From an uncultured Gammaproteobacteria bacterium (GTDB lineage: Bacteria > Pseudomonadota > Gammaproteobacteria > Steroidobacterales > Steroidobacteraceae), in NCBI GenBank assembly GCA_963801685.1, contig CAWDFR010000010.1, forward strand, positions 104,375-168,374: a stretch of 64,000 bases of DNA, given 5' to 3'. Positions within the stretch are counted from its first letter, which is position 1. Each line of letters opens with the position of its first letter. Below are positions 54,997 to 64,000 of the stretch, in pieces. A program made the translations under genes and the position numbers. Below the pieces are notes generated by a model. It ran no database searches. It saw only the letters and a list, made by a program, of their open reading frames with translations, and had not been told where the DNA came from.

Positions 54997-55694
54997 TCGA
55001 CTGCGCAGCAATACCGACGAGCGGTGCTCGCCGAATCCGCACGCCGCGAGCCCCGGAGCTCGCGGCGCACCTCGCGCATTGCCGCGAATGCTCCGGCTTA
55101 CCTCGAGCGGCTGCTGCGTTTCGAGGGACGCCTCGAGCGCGCGCTGCGCGTCGATGCGCCGCGAGGCGCGCGCGCACGTCTCGCGCGCGGCTGCGCGTGC
55201 CGCGACGGCTGGCTCGCGATGGCCGCGAGCGTGGTGGTCGCGCTCGTGGTGCGGCACGCTGTGGCTCGGTGCTCCGCACGCGAGCCTGGCGGCGGACGTC
55301 GTCGCTCACATGGCGGGAGAGCCGCGAGGCCTGGGCGCGCACCGACGTCACCGGTGCCGGCCGCGGATCTCGACGCCGGTGCTCGCGCGATGCGCACATG
55401 CGGCTGCGGCCCGAGGCGGGCATGGTGAGCTACGCTCAGAGCTGCCTGTTTCGCGGCCACCACGTGCCGCATCTGGTGGTGCAGACCGACATGGGGCCGG
55501 TCACGGTCATGGTGCTCGTGCACGAGAATGTCACGGCCGCGCGGATGTTCGACGAGGGCGGGTATCGCGGCATCATCGTGCCGGTGCCGGGCCACGGCAG
55601 CATCGCGGTTCTCGTCAAGGGCGAGCAGGGCGATCTGGCCCAGGTCGAGAGCGTCGCCGCGCGGGTCAAGGACGCCATCGTCTGGACGGGCTAG
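54993..55694 (+). CDS. Anti-sigma factor, DUF3379 family, frame broken many times
   Basis: After removing three 1-nt insertions the N-terminus reads MIDCAQYRRAVLAEPHAASPELAAHLAHCRECSAYLERLLRFEGRLERALRV. A TM helix follows, and the C-terminus reads MVSYAQSCLFRGHHVPHLVVQTDMGPVTVMVL. Confidence 0.65.
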
Positions 55695-56911
55695 CGCGGC
55701 GCAGGCGTGAATTCGATCGGCAGGCCGCGCAGACCCCAGACGCCCATGAACGGCCGATGCCCGGGCAGGCCCGCGAGTTTCGGATCTGTGATGCGCTGTG
55801 CGATCAGGTGCAGCCCTTCTTCGATCTGTGCACGAGCGATGAACTGGCCCAGGCACATGTGCATCCCGCGTCCGAACGCGAGATGGCGATTGTCTTGCGA
55901 ACGCTCGGGATCGAAATCGTCCGGGTTCAGGACGGCTGAGGGATCGCGCGTCGCCATGCCTACGGGGAGGAACAGCATGGTGTCCTTGGGAAGCACTACA
56001 TCCCGGTAGACGAGATCCACATTGACCAGCCGTGGAATAGTGGCCGGGCTCTGGTAGCGCAGTCCCTCCTCGACCACTTTGCGGCAATAGCTCGGATCGT
56101 CGGCGCAACGCCGGTATAGCGAGGGCCGGCTCAACAACTCGTACATGATGAAAGTGAGCACGTTCTTCGACGTGTCGTAGCCCGCCACGAACAAAAAGAT
56201 GAGCAGGTTATCCATCTCGATGGTGGTCAGTTCGCCGGAATCATTGGCAGCGATCAGTGCATCCAAAAGGTCCGGTTCCGCGCTCGGCCGCTCTCCTGCG
56301 CGACGCTCGGCGACCAGTTGGGTCACGAACCGGTCCATGACCTCGGCCGCCTGGTTGAGCCGGGGCAGGAAACCGGGGATCAGATTGAAGCTCAGACCCA
56401 GGGTTTCGAGCGATGAGCGCAGCGTCGGGAGCGCCTCGGACGAAGCGCCGATGAGACTGCAGATGACGGTCACCGGGAAATAGGAGGCGAACTCCTCGAA
56501 GTCGAACTTGGCCTTAGGCGCCCACTCATCGAGCAGGCGCGACAGCACTTCCCGCATCAGCCCGCGATGCTGATTCGCCGCACGCGGCGTGAACATCGGC
56601 GCGAGCACATCGCGGACCTTCTTGTGACGCTCGCTACTCAGGCCAAAAATCGAGTTGCGCTGGAAATCGCCCCACTTCGAGCCCTGCGCGTTCATGAGCT
56701 CGATCATGCCCTCGTGGGCGACCCGGAGCTTCTCGTCCATGCCGAGCAGATCCTTGATGGCGGCATATTCGGTGATGACGTAGCCGAAGGGGCTCTGCGC
56801 AAGCCAAGGATGTTGCTTGCGCGCGGCCGCGAATTGAGCGAAGGGATCCGCGGCGAACTGCGGATCCTGCGTCATCAATTGCGGCAAAGTCAGTTCCGCG
56901 ATCCGCTGCAT
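55691..56911 (-). CDS. Cytochrome P450
   Basis: An intact 406-aa ORF counted from MQRIAELTLPQ. It has the I-helix FVAGYDTS, the ExxR-like EEGLRY and the heme loop FGRGMHMCLGQFIA. The tracked 542-aa ORF is an artefactual fusion with the upstream gene. Confidence 0.9.
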   Translation of the reverse strand: MQRIAELTLPQLMTQDPQFAADPFAQFAAARKQHPWLAQSPFGYVITEYAAIKDLLGMDEKLRVAHEGMIELMNAQGSKWGDFQRNSIFGLSSERHKKVRDVLAPMFTPRAANQHRGLMREVLSRLLDEWAPKAKFDFEEFASYFPVTVICSLIGASSEALPTLRSSLETLGLSFNLIPGFLPRLNQAAEVMDRFVTQLVAERRAGERPSAEPDLLDALIAANDSGELTTIEMDNLLIFLFVAGYDTSKNVLTFIMYELLSRPSLYRRCADDPSYCRKVVEEGLRYQSPATIPRLVNVDLVYRDVVLPKDTMLFLPVGMATRDPSAVLNPDDFDPERSQDNRHLAFGRGMHMCLGQFIARAQIEEGLHLIAQRITDPKLAGLPGHRPFMGVWGLRGLPIEFTPAPR

Positions 56912-56913
56912 GG

Positions 56914-57175
56914 CTACATCCCCGCCTTGCCCAGCAAATCGATCAAGCGGCGCGAGCTTGCCGCCAGGGTCGGGTGGTTCGCCTCGAACTTCACGGCCGC
57001 TCTCTCCAACCGGTCGGCGAACGATTCGTCGACCGCGTCCGGAGCTTGCGAGCGCACGCTTCACGTCCTCGAGCATTTCGCCGCGCAGCCGATCGGTGTG
57101 CGGATCCTGGGGACGGGCGCTGTGCAGTTCCTCGTGGAGTTTCTTCAGCTGATCGCGCAGATTCTCGGGATCCAT
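56914..57175 (-). CDS. DUF4404-like small protein, frame broken once
   Basis: MDPENLRDQLKKLHEELHSARPQDPHTDRLRGEMLEDVKRAL then continues in the next phase as ...VKFEANHPTLAAS.RRLIDLLGKAGM. The stop lies 2 nt before the P450 ATG. The length is 3n+1. Confidence 0.5.
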
Positions 57176-57212
57176 GTGCGTTACTCCGCAGCAGCCGCGA
57201 TCGGCCGGTGCT

Positions 57213-58061
57213 TCATTGTGCCATTCGTTCGGCCGTGAGGCGCGCCACTTCCACATAGCCCCGGCCGGGCTCGGCCAGGCTTGCGTGGATCGCCAGATAC
57301 GCCTCGCGCAGGAAATCATCCGCGCCGTACGGCGGATTGACGAGCAACAGTCCGCTGCCGGCCAGTCCCACGGAGGCGTCGTCCGGGTGGACGGCGAGAT
57401 CGGCGAGCAGCATTTTCGCCAGCCTCAAGGCGGCGAAGCGCGCGTGTACGCGGCGGCGTTGCACGGCGCTCACGATCGGATACCACGCGAGGAAGGTGCC
57501 GGTCGGCCAGCGGCGGTGAGCGTCGGCGAGCGCGGCGCTGAGGGACGCGAGCTCTTCGGGGCTCTCGTACGGCGGGTCGATGAGCACCAGGCCGCGCCGC
57601 TCCGCCGGCGGCAGATGCGATCGCAGCGCCGCGTAACCGTCGCCCACTTCGATGCGCAGGCGGCCTGACGAGTAGAGCTCGCGCTCGGCTGCGCGGGCCT
57701 CCGCCGGTAGGAGCTCGTTGCACACGGCGCGGTCCTGCGGGCGCAACGCCGCGGCGACGAGCGCCGGGGATCCCGGATAGCGGGCCAGGCGCGCGCCCGG
57801 CCGGGCTCCCAGCGCCGCGAAATACGCCGCGAGCGGCTCGCCTGCGGCGGCGGAGCTCAGCAGACGCTGCACGCCGCGCTCCGCCTCGCCCGATTTCTGG
57901 GCCTCCGCTCCGTGCAGGTCGTAATAGCCGCGGCCCGCATGGGTATCGAGCACGAAGAACGCCGTGTCCTTGCGCTTCATGGCATCGAGGCAATAGACGA
58001 GACCCACGTGCTTGGCGACGTCGGCGAAGTTTCCGGCGTGATAGATATGCCGATAGTTCAT
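57213..58061 (-). CDS. rlmJ: 23S rRNA (adenine2030-N6)-methyltransferase
   Basis: An intact ORF reading MNYRHIYHAGNFADVAKHVGLV..L......FFVLDTHAGRGYYDL...YPGSP...LIDPPYE...WYPI. Confidence 0.85.
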   Translation of the reverse strand: MNYRHIYHAGNFADVAKHVGLVYCLDAMKRKDTAFFVLDTHAGRGYYDLHGAEAQKSGEAERGVQRLLSSAAAGEPLAAYFAALGARPGARLARYPGSPALVAAALRPQDRAVCNELLPAEARAAERELYSSGRLRIEVGDGYAALRSHLPPAERRGLVLIDPPYESPEELASLSAALADAHRRWPTGTFLAWYPIVSAVQRRRVHARFAALRLAKMLLADLAVHPDDASVGLAGSGLLLVNPPYGADDFLREAYLAIHASLAEPGRGYVEVARLTAERMAQ

Positions 58062-58103
58062 TGGGCGCATTGTGCATTGACCCGCGCGTGGGCGGCAGGG
58101 AGA

Positions 58104-59261
58104 ATGCCGCCGCCGATGCTCACCCTTCCTCGCCGCGTCTTTTTAACGGCCGCCACCGCGGTTCTGGCCGCATCCCGGCGCAGCGCCGCCGGGGCTGCTC
58201 CCGCGCAGCCTCGTGGGGGCGATCGGGCGCTTTCCGGCATGCTCATCGTGAACGCGCTCGGCGGCCTCGAAGATCCGAATCTCAAGGACCCCTCAGGCAG
58301 CGTGCTCGAGCCCCGGGTGCTGCGCGATGCGCACGATTCCGGCCTCACGGCGGTCAACGTCACGCTGGGATACGTATCGGGGGATGCGGATCCCTTCGAG
58401 CAGAGCGTGCGCGACATCGCGCAGATGGACGGCTGGGTGCGCGAGGGCGCGCGCGACCTGCTCAAGATTTACACGGCCGATGACATACTGCGCGCCCGCG
58501 CCGCAGGCCGGATCGGCATCATTTACGGATTTCAGAACGCCGCCATGCTGGGGAGCGACGTCACCCGGGTGGATCTATTCGCAAACCTCGGCGTGCGCGT
58601 CATTCAGCTCACCTACAACCCGGCAAACGCCTTGGGCGACGGCTCGATGGCAGCGGAGAACCGCGGCCTCACGCCCTTCGGCCGCGATGTGGTCGAGCGC
58701 CTCAATGCACGGCGCGTGATGGTCGATCTGTCGCATAGCGGCCAGCGCACCTGTCTCGAGGCGGCGCAAGTCTCGAAGCAGCCGATTTCCATCAATCACA
58801 CGGGCTGTCGCGCGCTCAACGATTTACCGCGCAACAAAACCGACGAAGAGCTCGCGCTGGTGGCGTCGAAGGGCGGCTTCGTCGGCATCTACTTCATGCC
58901 GTTCCTGAATCCCACGGGTCACGCGACCGCGGCGGACGTCGTGGCTCACATCGAGCACGCCGTGAACGTCTGCGGTGAGGACCACGTGGGCATCGGCACC
59001 GACGGGTCGACGACCGCCATCGACGATCTGGAGGCGTACAAGAGTGTGCTCGCCGCGGAAGTCGCGGCGCGCCGCAATGCCGGGGTGAGCGCTGCGGGCG
59101 AGCGACCCGATACATTGCCGTTCGTCGTCGATCTGCGCGGTGTGAACCAGTTTCGCGATCTCGCCGGGCGCCTTTCGCGGCGCGGCTATTCCGCTGCGCG
59201 CATCGAGAAGATCATGGGGCAAAACTTCCAGCGCTATGCACGCGAAGTGTGGGGCGCCTGA
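58104..59261 (+). CDS. Membrane dipeptidase (peptidase M19) with a Tat-like signal
   Basis: An intact ORF with RBS GGGAGA. It reads MPPPMLTLPRRVFLTAATAVLAA, VIQLTYN..N..G, VDLSHSG, INHTGCRAL and HVGIGTDG. Confidence 0.85.
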   Translation: MPPPMLTLPRRVFLTAATAVLAASRRSAAGAAPAQPRGGDRALSGMLIVNALGGLEDPNLKDPSGSVLEPRVLRDAHDSGLTAVNVTLGYVSGDADPFEQSVRDIAQMDGWVREGARDLLKIYTADDILRARAAGRIGIIYGFQNAAMLGSDVTRVDLFANLGVRVIQLTYNPANALGDGSMAAENRGLTPFGRDVVERLNARRVMVDLSHSGQRTCLEAAQVSKQPISINHTGCRALNDLPRNKTDEELALVASKGGFVGIYFMPFLNPTGHATAADVVAHIEHAVNVCGEDHVGIGTDGSTTAIDDLEAYKSVLAAEVAARRNAGVSAAGERPDTLPFVVDLRGVNQFRDLAGRLSRRGYSAARIEKIMGQNFQRYAREVWGA

Positions 59262-59277
59262 GGGCGGCGGCGGACCG

Positions 59278-59964
59278 ATGTACGAGCTCTACATTGCCAA
59301 CAAGAATTACTCGTCCTGGTCGTTGCGGCCCTGGGTGCTGATGAGCGCGGCCGGCATCGAGTTCAAGGAGCATTTGATCCCATTCGGCGGGCCGGCGTGG
59401 AGGGATTTCCTCAAGCTCTCGCCGAGCGGCAAGATACCCTGTCTCATCGACGGATCGACGCTCGTGTGGGATTCGCTCGCCATCACCGAGTACCTCGCTG
59501 AACGGCATGACCGCGTCTGGCCGCAGGGAGCCGAGGCGCGGGCCTGGGCGCGCAGCGCCGCGGCGGAGATGCACTCGGGCTTCATGGAACTGCGCAACCG
59601 CTGCTCTATGACCTGCGGGGTGCGCTTGCGGCTCAAGGAGACGCCGGCCGCCCTGGCGCGCGATATCGCGCGACTCGAGACCCTGTGGAGCGACGGACTT
59701 GCCCGCTTCGGCGGCACGTTTCTCGCCGCAAGCTCGTTCACGGCCGTGGATGCGTTCTTCGCGCCGGTGGCCTACCGGGTGCAAACCTATGGTCTGCAAC
59801 TCAAGGCTGGGGCGGCGGCCTACGTGCGGCGCCTGCTCGAGCTTCCGGCCATGCGTCAGTGGTACGCGGCGGCGCTCGCGGAGAGCTTCCGCGACGCGCC
59901 GCACGAGGCCGAGATGCTCGAACAGGCGAGCGTCCTCGAGGATTTGCGCGCCCCGGCGCCGTGA
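59278..59964 (+). CDS. Glutathione S-transferase family protein
   Basis: An intact ORF reading MYELYIANKNYSSWSLRPWVLM...GKIPCLIDG...VWDSLAITEYLAE. This is a typical GST N-terminal thioredoxin-like pattern. Confidence 0.8.
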   Translation: MYELYIANKNYSSWSLRPWVLMSAAGIEFKEHLIPFGGPAWRDFLKLSPSGKIPCLIDGSTLVWDSLAITEYLAERHDRVWPQGAEARAWARSAAAEMHSGFMELRNRCSMTCGVRLRLKETPAALARDIARLETLWSDGLARFGGTFLAASSFTAVDAFFAPVAYRVQTYGLQLKAGAAAYVRRLLELPAMRQWYAAALAESFRDAPHEAEMLEQASVLEDLRAPAP

Positions 59965-59965
59965 G

Positions 59966-60904
59966 TCACGGCTTGAGATAGTCGCGGGGACGCAGGAACT
60001 CGTACAGGCGCGATTCCGCGGAGCCGGCCTGCGGCTGCCAGTCGTAGTCCCAGCGAGCGAGCGGCGGCATGGACATCAGGATCGATTCGGTTCTGCCGCG
60101 AGATTGCAGGCCGAACAGGGTGCCGCGGTCATAGAGGAGATTGAATTCCGCATACCGGCCGCGCCGGTAGAGCTGGAAAGCGCGCTCGCGCTCACCCCAC
60201 GGCTCAGGCTGGCGGCGCTCGACAATGGGCAGAAAGGCGGGCAGAAAATGATCGCCCACGCTGCGCATAAAGGCGAAGCAGCGCTCGAAACCACCCTCGT
60301 TCAAATCGTCGAAGAACAATCCGCCGACGCCGCGGGTCTCGTCGCGGTGAGGCAGAAAGAAATAGCGGTCGCACCACTCCTTGTACTTCGGATACAGGTC
60401 GGGGCCGAAAGGCGCGCACGCGGCGCGGGCCGTGCGGTGCCAGTGCAGGACGTCTTCTTCGAACGGATAGTAGGGGGTGAGATCGAAGCCGCCGCCGAAC
60501 CACCAGATCGGCGGCCGGCCGGGCGGTGCCGCCTGCAGGAAGCGGACGTTGCAATGCGTGGTGGGCACGAATGGATTGTGCGGGTGGAAAACGAGCGACA
60601 GCCCCAGCGCCTCGAACGACGCGCCGGCCATCTCCGGGCGCAAGTTCGAGGCGGATTGCGGCAGCTTCTCGCCCATCACGTGGGAGAAGGACACGCCGGC
60701 ACGCTCGAATATATTCCCGCCGCTGAGCACACGGCTCTCGCCGCCCCCGCCGCCGGGCCGTTGCCAGACATCGCGCCGGAACCGCGCCGTGTCGAGCGCC
60801 TCGACGGCGGCGGTGATGCGATCGTGCAGATCCTGCAGGTAGCGGCGCACCGCCGCCGCATCCGTCTCGGACGGAGCCGCCGGCGTTGCCGAGGTGCCGC
60901 CCAT
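59966..60904 (-). CDS. hemF: Oxygen-dependent coproporphyrinogen III oxidase
   Basis: An intact ORF reading [63 protein letters not shown] and ESILMS.PP. Confidence 0.9.
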   Translation of the reverse strand: MGGTSATPAAPSETDAAAVRRYLQDLHDRITAAVEALDTARFRRDVWQRPGGGGGESRVLSGGNIFERAGVSFSHVMGEKLPQSASNLRPEMAGASFEALGLSLVFHPHNPFVPTTHCNVRFLQAAPPGRPPIWWFGGGFDLTPYYPFEEDVLHWHRTARAACAPFGPDLYPKYKEWCDRYFFLPHRDETRGVGGLFFDDLNEGGFERCFAFMRSVGDHFLPAFLPIVERRQPEPWGERERAFQLYRRGRYAEFNLLYDRGTLFGLQSRGRTESILMSMPPLARWDYDWQPQAGSAESRLYEFLRPRDYLKP

Positions 60905-60908
60905 GCGT

Positions 60909-63492
60909 TTAAGTCTTCCGGCGCTTCGTCTTGGCGGCGGGCGGAGCCGCGGCCGCGGCCGCGGTTTCCGCGGGTGCCCGCTTCTTGGCAGCAGCTTTCG
61001 ATCCCTTCGCAGCGAGCCGCGCAGCCGTGCGCACCGGCGGGGCCGTGGCCGCGGCGGGCGAAGCGGTCTTTTTGCGCGCACGCGTCGCTTTGGGCGCGGC
61101 GGCCGGCTCATCCGCCGCGGCGGACGCGCCGTTGGCTTTGGCGGGCGCACCGGCTTTGGCGGCACCGGCCTTGCCGTTCTTGCGTCCCCACTTGCCGAAC
61201 GTTCGCACGGGTGCTGCCGCGAGCAGCGCCTGGCAGTCCTCGAGCGTCAGGCTCTTGGGGTCGCGGTCCTTCGGAATCTTGGCGTTGCGCGTCTTGTCCT
61301 TGACGTAGGGTCCGTAGCGGCCGTTGAGCACCTGGATGCCGGCGTCCGGAAAGTCCCGGATGAGACGGTTGGCGTCCGCGATCTCCTTCTCGCGGATCAC
61401 CTCGAGCGCGCGCTCGAGGGTGACGGTGTAAGGATCGTCGGTCTTGAGCGAGACGTACTTCGGCCCGTATTTGACATAGGGTCCGAACCGGCCGGTGTTG
61501 GCGACGATCTCCTCGCCGCTTGCGGTAGCCCCCAGCTTGCGCGGCAGCTGAAACAGGAACAGCGCTTCCTCGCGCGTGATGGCGTCCATCTTCTGGCCGG
61601 GCCGCAGGCCCGCGAAGCGGGGCTTCTCCTCGTCGTCCTTGGTGCCGATCTGCACGAAGGGCCCGAAGCGGCCCATGCGCACGCTCATCGGCTTGCCGCT
61701 CGCGGGATCGAGCCCTAGGTCGCGCGCCATCGCGACTTCCTCGCGGCTCACGGAGGTTTCCGTGTGCTTCACGAGCTTGATGAACGGCTTCCAGAACCGA
61801 TCGAGCAGCGGCACCCACTCCTGCTCGCCGGTGGCGACGCCGTCGAGCGCACTTCTCCATCTTGGCGGTGAAGTCGTAATCGACGTAGATGGTGAAATAT
61901 TGCGTGAGGAAACGGCTGACGATCTTGCCGATGTCGGTCGCGGTGAAGCGCCGGTTCTCGATCTCCACGTACTCTCGGTCGCGCAGGGTCGAGATGATGG
62001 AGGCGTAGGTCGAGGGGCGGCCGATGCCGTATTCCTCGAGCGCCTTCACGAGCGAGGCTTCGGTGAAGCGCGGCGGCGGCTCGGTGAAGTGCTGCGACGG
62101 GATCACGGCGAGGAGCTTGACGCGATCGCCCTCGTTCATGGGCGGCAGGACGTGATCCGAATCGTCCTGCACGACGTCGTCCGCGCCTTCCTGATACACC
62201 GATATGTAGCCCGGCTTCACCAGCGTCGAGCCGTTGGCGCGCAGCACCGTGCGCTCTGCACCGTCGGTGCCCGCCAGCAGCTCGACCGCGACGGTGTCGA
62301 AGACCGCGGGCGCCATCTGGCACGCCATGGTGCGCTTCCAGATGAGCGAGTACAGGCGGAACTGATCGGCGTCGAGCTTGCGCTCGATGTCGGCCGGCAC
62401 GATGCGCGCATCGGTCGGACGGATCGCCTCGTGGGCTTCCTGGGCGTTCGCCGACTTGGTGCGATAGACGCGCACTTCCTCGGCGAGCCCCTCCGGGCCG
62501 TAGAGCTCGACGATGAGCTCGCGGATCTGCGCCACGGCCTCCTGCGCCAGGTTGAGCGAGTCGGTGCGCATGTAGGTGATGAGACCGACGGCGCCTTCGC
62601 CGATGTCGACGCCCTCGTAGAGCTGCTGGGCGACGCGCATGGTCTTCTGCGCGCTGAAGCCGAGCTTGCGCGAGGCCTCCTGCTGCAGCGTCGAGGTCGT
62701 GAACGGCGGCGCCGGGTTGCGCCGCCGCTGCTTGCGCTCGACGGCGAGGACGGTGAGCTCGCCGCGCGCCGCCTTCTCGAGCGTGCTCACGGCCTCGCGC
62801 GCCGCGCTCTCGCTCGTGAAGCTGAACTGCTCGACCTTGGCGCCCCGGTACTCCACGAGCTTTGCCGGGAACTTCTGCTCCGAGTGCATGAGCTCGGCGT
62901 CGATGGTCCAGTACTCCTGCGGCTGGAAGGCCGCGATCTCGTCCTCGCGCTCGCAGATCATGCGCAGCGCCGGGCTCTGCACGCGTCCGGCGGACAGATT
63001 GGGACGCACCTTCTTCCACAGGAGCGGCGAGAGGTTGAAGCCCACGAGAAAATCGAGGGCGCGCCGCGCCTGCTGGGCGTTCACCAGATCGACCGAGATC
63101 CCGCGCGGCTGCTCCATCGCCTCGCGCACCGCGTTCTTGGTGATCTCGTAGAACACCACGCGCTGCACGTCCTTGCCCTTCAGAGCGCCCTGCTCCTTCA
63201 GCAGCTCCTGCAGATGCCAGGAGATCGCCTCGCCCTCGCGGTCGGGGTCGGTCGCGAGGTACAGAGCCTTGGCTTTCTTCAGGGCCCGGGCGATGGCATC
63301 GACGTGCTTGCGATTGCGCTCGACCGGCTGATACTTCATCGCGAAGTGGTGCTTCGGGTCGACGGCGCCTTCTTTCGGCACCAGATCGCGAACGTGACCA
63401 TAGGAGGCCAGCACCTCGAACTCCTTGCCGAGGTACTTCTTGATGGTCTTCGCCTTGGCAGGCGATTCCACGATAACGAGGTTGTTGCCCAA
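60909..63492 (-). CDS. topA: DNA topoisomerase I without zinc-finger motifs, with a Lys/Ala-rich tail, frame broken once
   Basis: It reads [47 protein letters not shown] and [12 protein letters not shown]. The C-terminal repeats are [20 protein letters not shown] and GRYGPYVKD. The +1 change is near 61850. Confidence 0.9.
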
Positions 63493-63510
63493 ATGGTGTA
63501 CTAGGGTCGT

Positions 63511-63984
63511 CTAATGCAGGGCGTCGGAGCGCTCTTCGAAGACCAGATCTTCCATTTGCGCATAGGCGGATTCCTGGCCCGGCTGATTGAACAACACCAT
63601 GAGAACGACCCACTTGACCTGGTCGATGTCGATCTCGTCGGCCTCCAGCGCCATCAGGCGGTCGATGACCAGCTCGCGCTGGGTGCCGGAGAGGATGCGC
63701 ACGTTCTCCAGATACAGGAGGTAGCCGCGTACGTCGGTGTCCAGGCGCAAGAGCTCCTGTCCGCTGAAAATGCGCACGGCGCGCGCCGTCGCTTCGGCGA
63801 CCTTGCCGAGTTGCTCGCCCGACAGTCCGTCGAGCCATTCGAGTGCCCGCTCGACGTCGGCCTCGGCGAATCCCGCCTTGTCCAGCTCGACCTTGAGGGT
63901 GGCGCGATCGGGACGCGGCTCGTCGTCCGCGCTCATGTAATTCTCGAAAAGGTAGATCAGCAGATCGAGAACGTTATCTTTCAC
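63511..63984 (-). CDS. smg: Smg protein (DUF494)
   Basis: An intact ORF reading MKDNVLDLLIYLFENYM...LE.AGF....V..AL.WL..L. It sits in the canonical position upstream of topA. Confidence 0.85.
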   Translation of the reverse strand: MKDNVLDLLIYLFENYMSADDEPRPDRATLKVELDKAGFAEADVERALEWLDGLSGEQLGKVAEATARAVRIFSGQELLRLDTDVRGYLLYLENVRILSGTQRELVIDRLMALEADEIDIDQVKWVVLMVLFNQPGQESAYAQMEDLVFEERSDALH

Positions 63985-64000
63985 CTCCGGCTCTCCTGTT

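Noticed and set aside
55691-57319. The 542-aa tracked ORF suggests a P450 with a long N-terminal extension.
   Set aside because: The extension is a separate DUF4404-like gene. Its true C-terminus (…LIDLLGKAGM, then stop) is in the neighbouring phase and ends 2 nt before the P450 ATG at 56911.

Overview
This is a high-GC proteobacterial chromosomal segment of core-genome character. atpA(partial)-atpG-atpD-atpC-glmU sits at the left edge and hemF-topA-smg at the right edge. I support about 65 protein genes and found no rRNA, tRNA, CRISPR array, IS element or integrase. Five points stand out.

1. A c-di-GMP-I (GEMM-I) riboswitch lies on the minus strand at about 36154-36357, in the leader of an FAD-linked oxidoreductase. 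Its switch sequence can pair with either the aptamer or the ribosome-binding site. The same window holds two GGDEF-EAL proteins and csrA.

2. A lower-GC, frameshift-free accessory island spans about 6770-12420. It carries a MarR regulator with matching palindromic boxes, a secreted repeat protein, a FosX-like VOC enzyme, a GNAT, a kinase-fold protein with a substituted catalytic Asp, a membrane-anchored nine-heme cytochrome c, and a remnant of a quinone-oxidoreductase gene.

3. An RcnR-type (H3-C35-H60-H64) metal repressor with an ATACCC-N5-GGGTAT operator faces a 45-codon membrane micro-ORF that is translationally coupled to an OprB-family porin.

4. A gene fuses a receiver-like domain, TPR-like repeats and a TonB C-terminal domain.

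5. Many conserved and essential genes (atpD, glmU, gor, hemB, aroE, prlC, topA and others) are broken by single-base frame changes. Most of these are +1 insertions in G/C context, and they cluster between 36 and 55 kb. I read this as sequence-quality artefact rather than biology. For such genes the coordinates span the reconstructed gene and their boundaries are approximate.

All calls rest on reading the translations and the DNA by eye. No database search was run.
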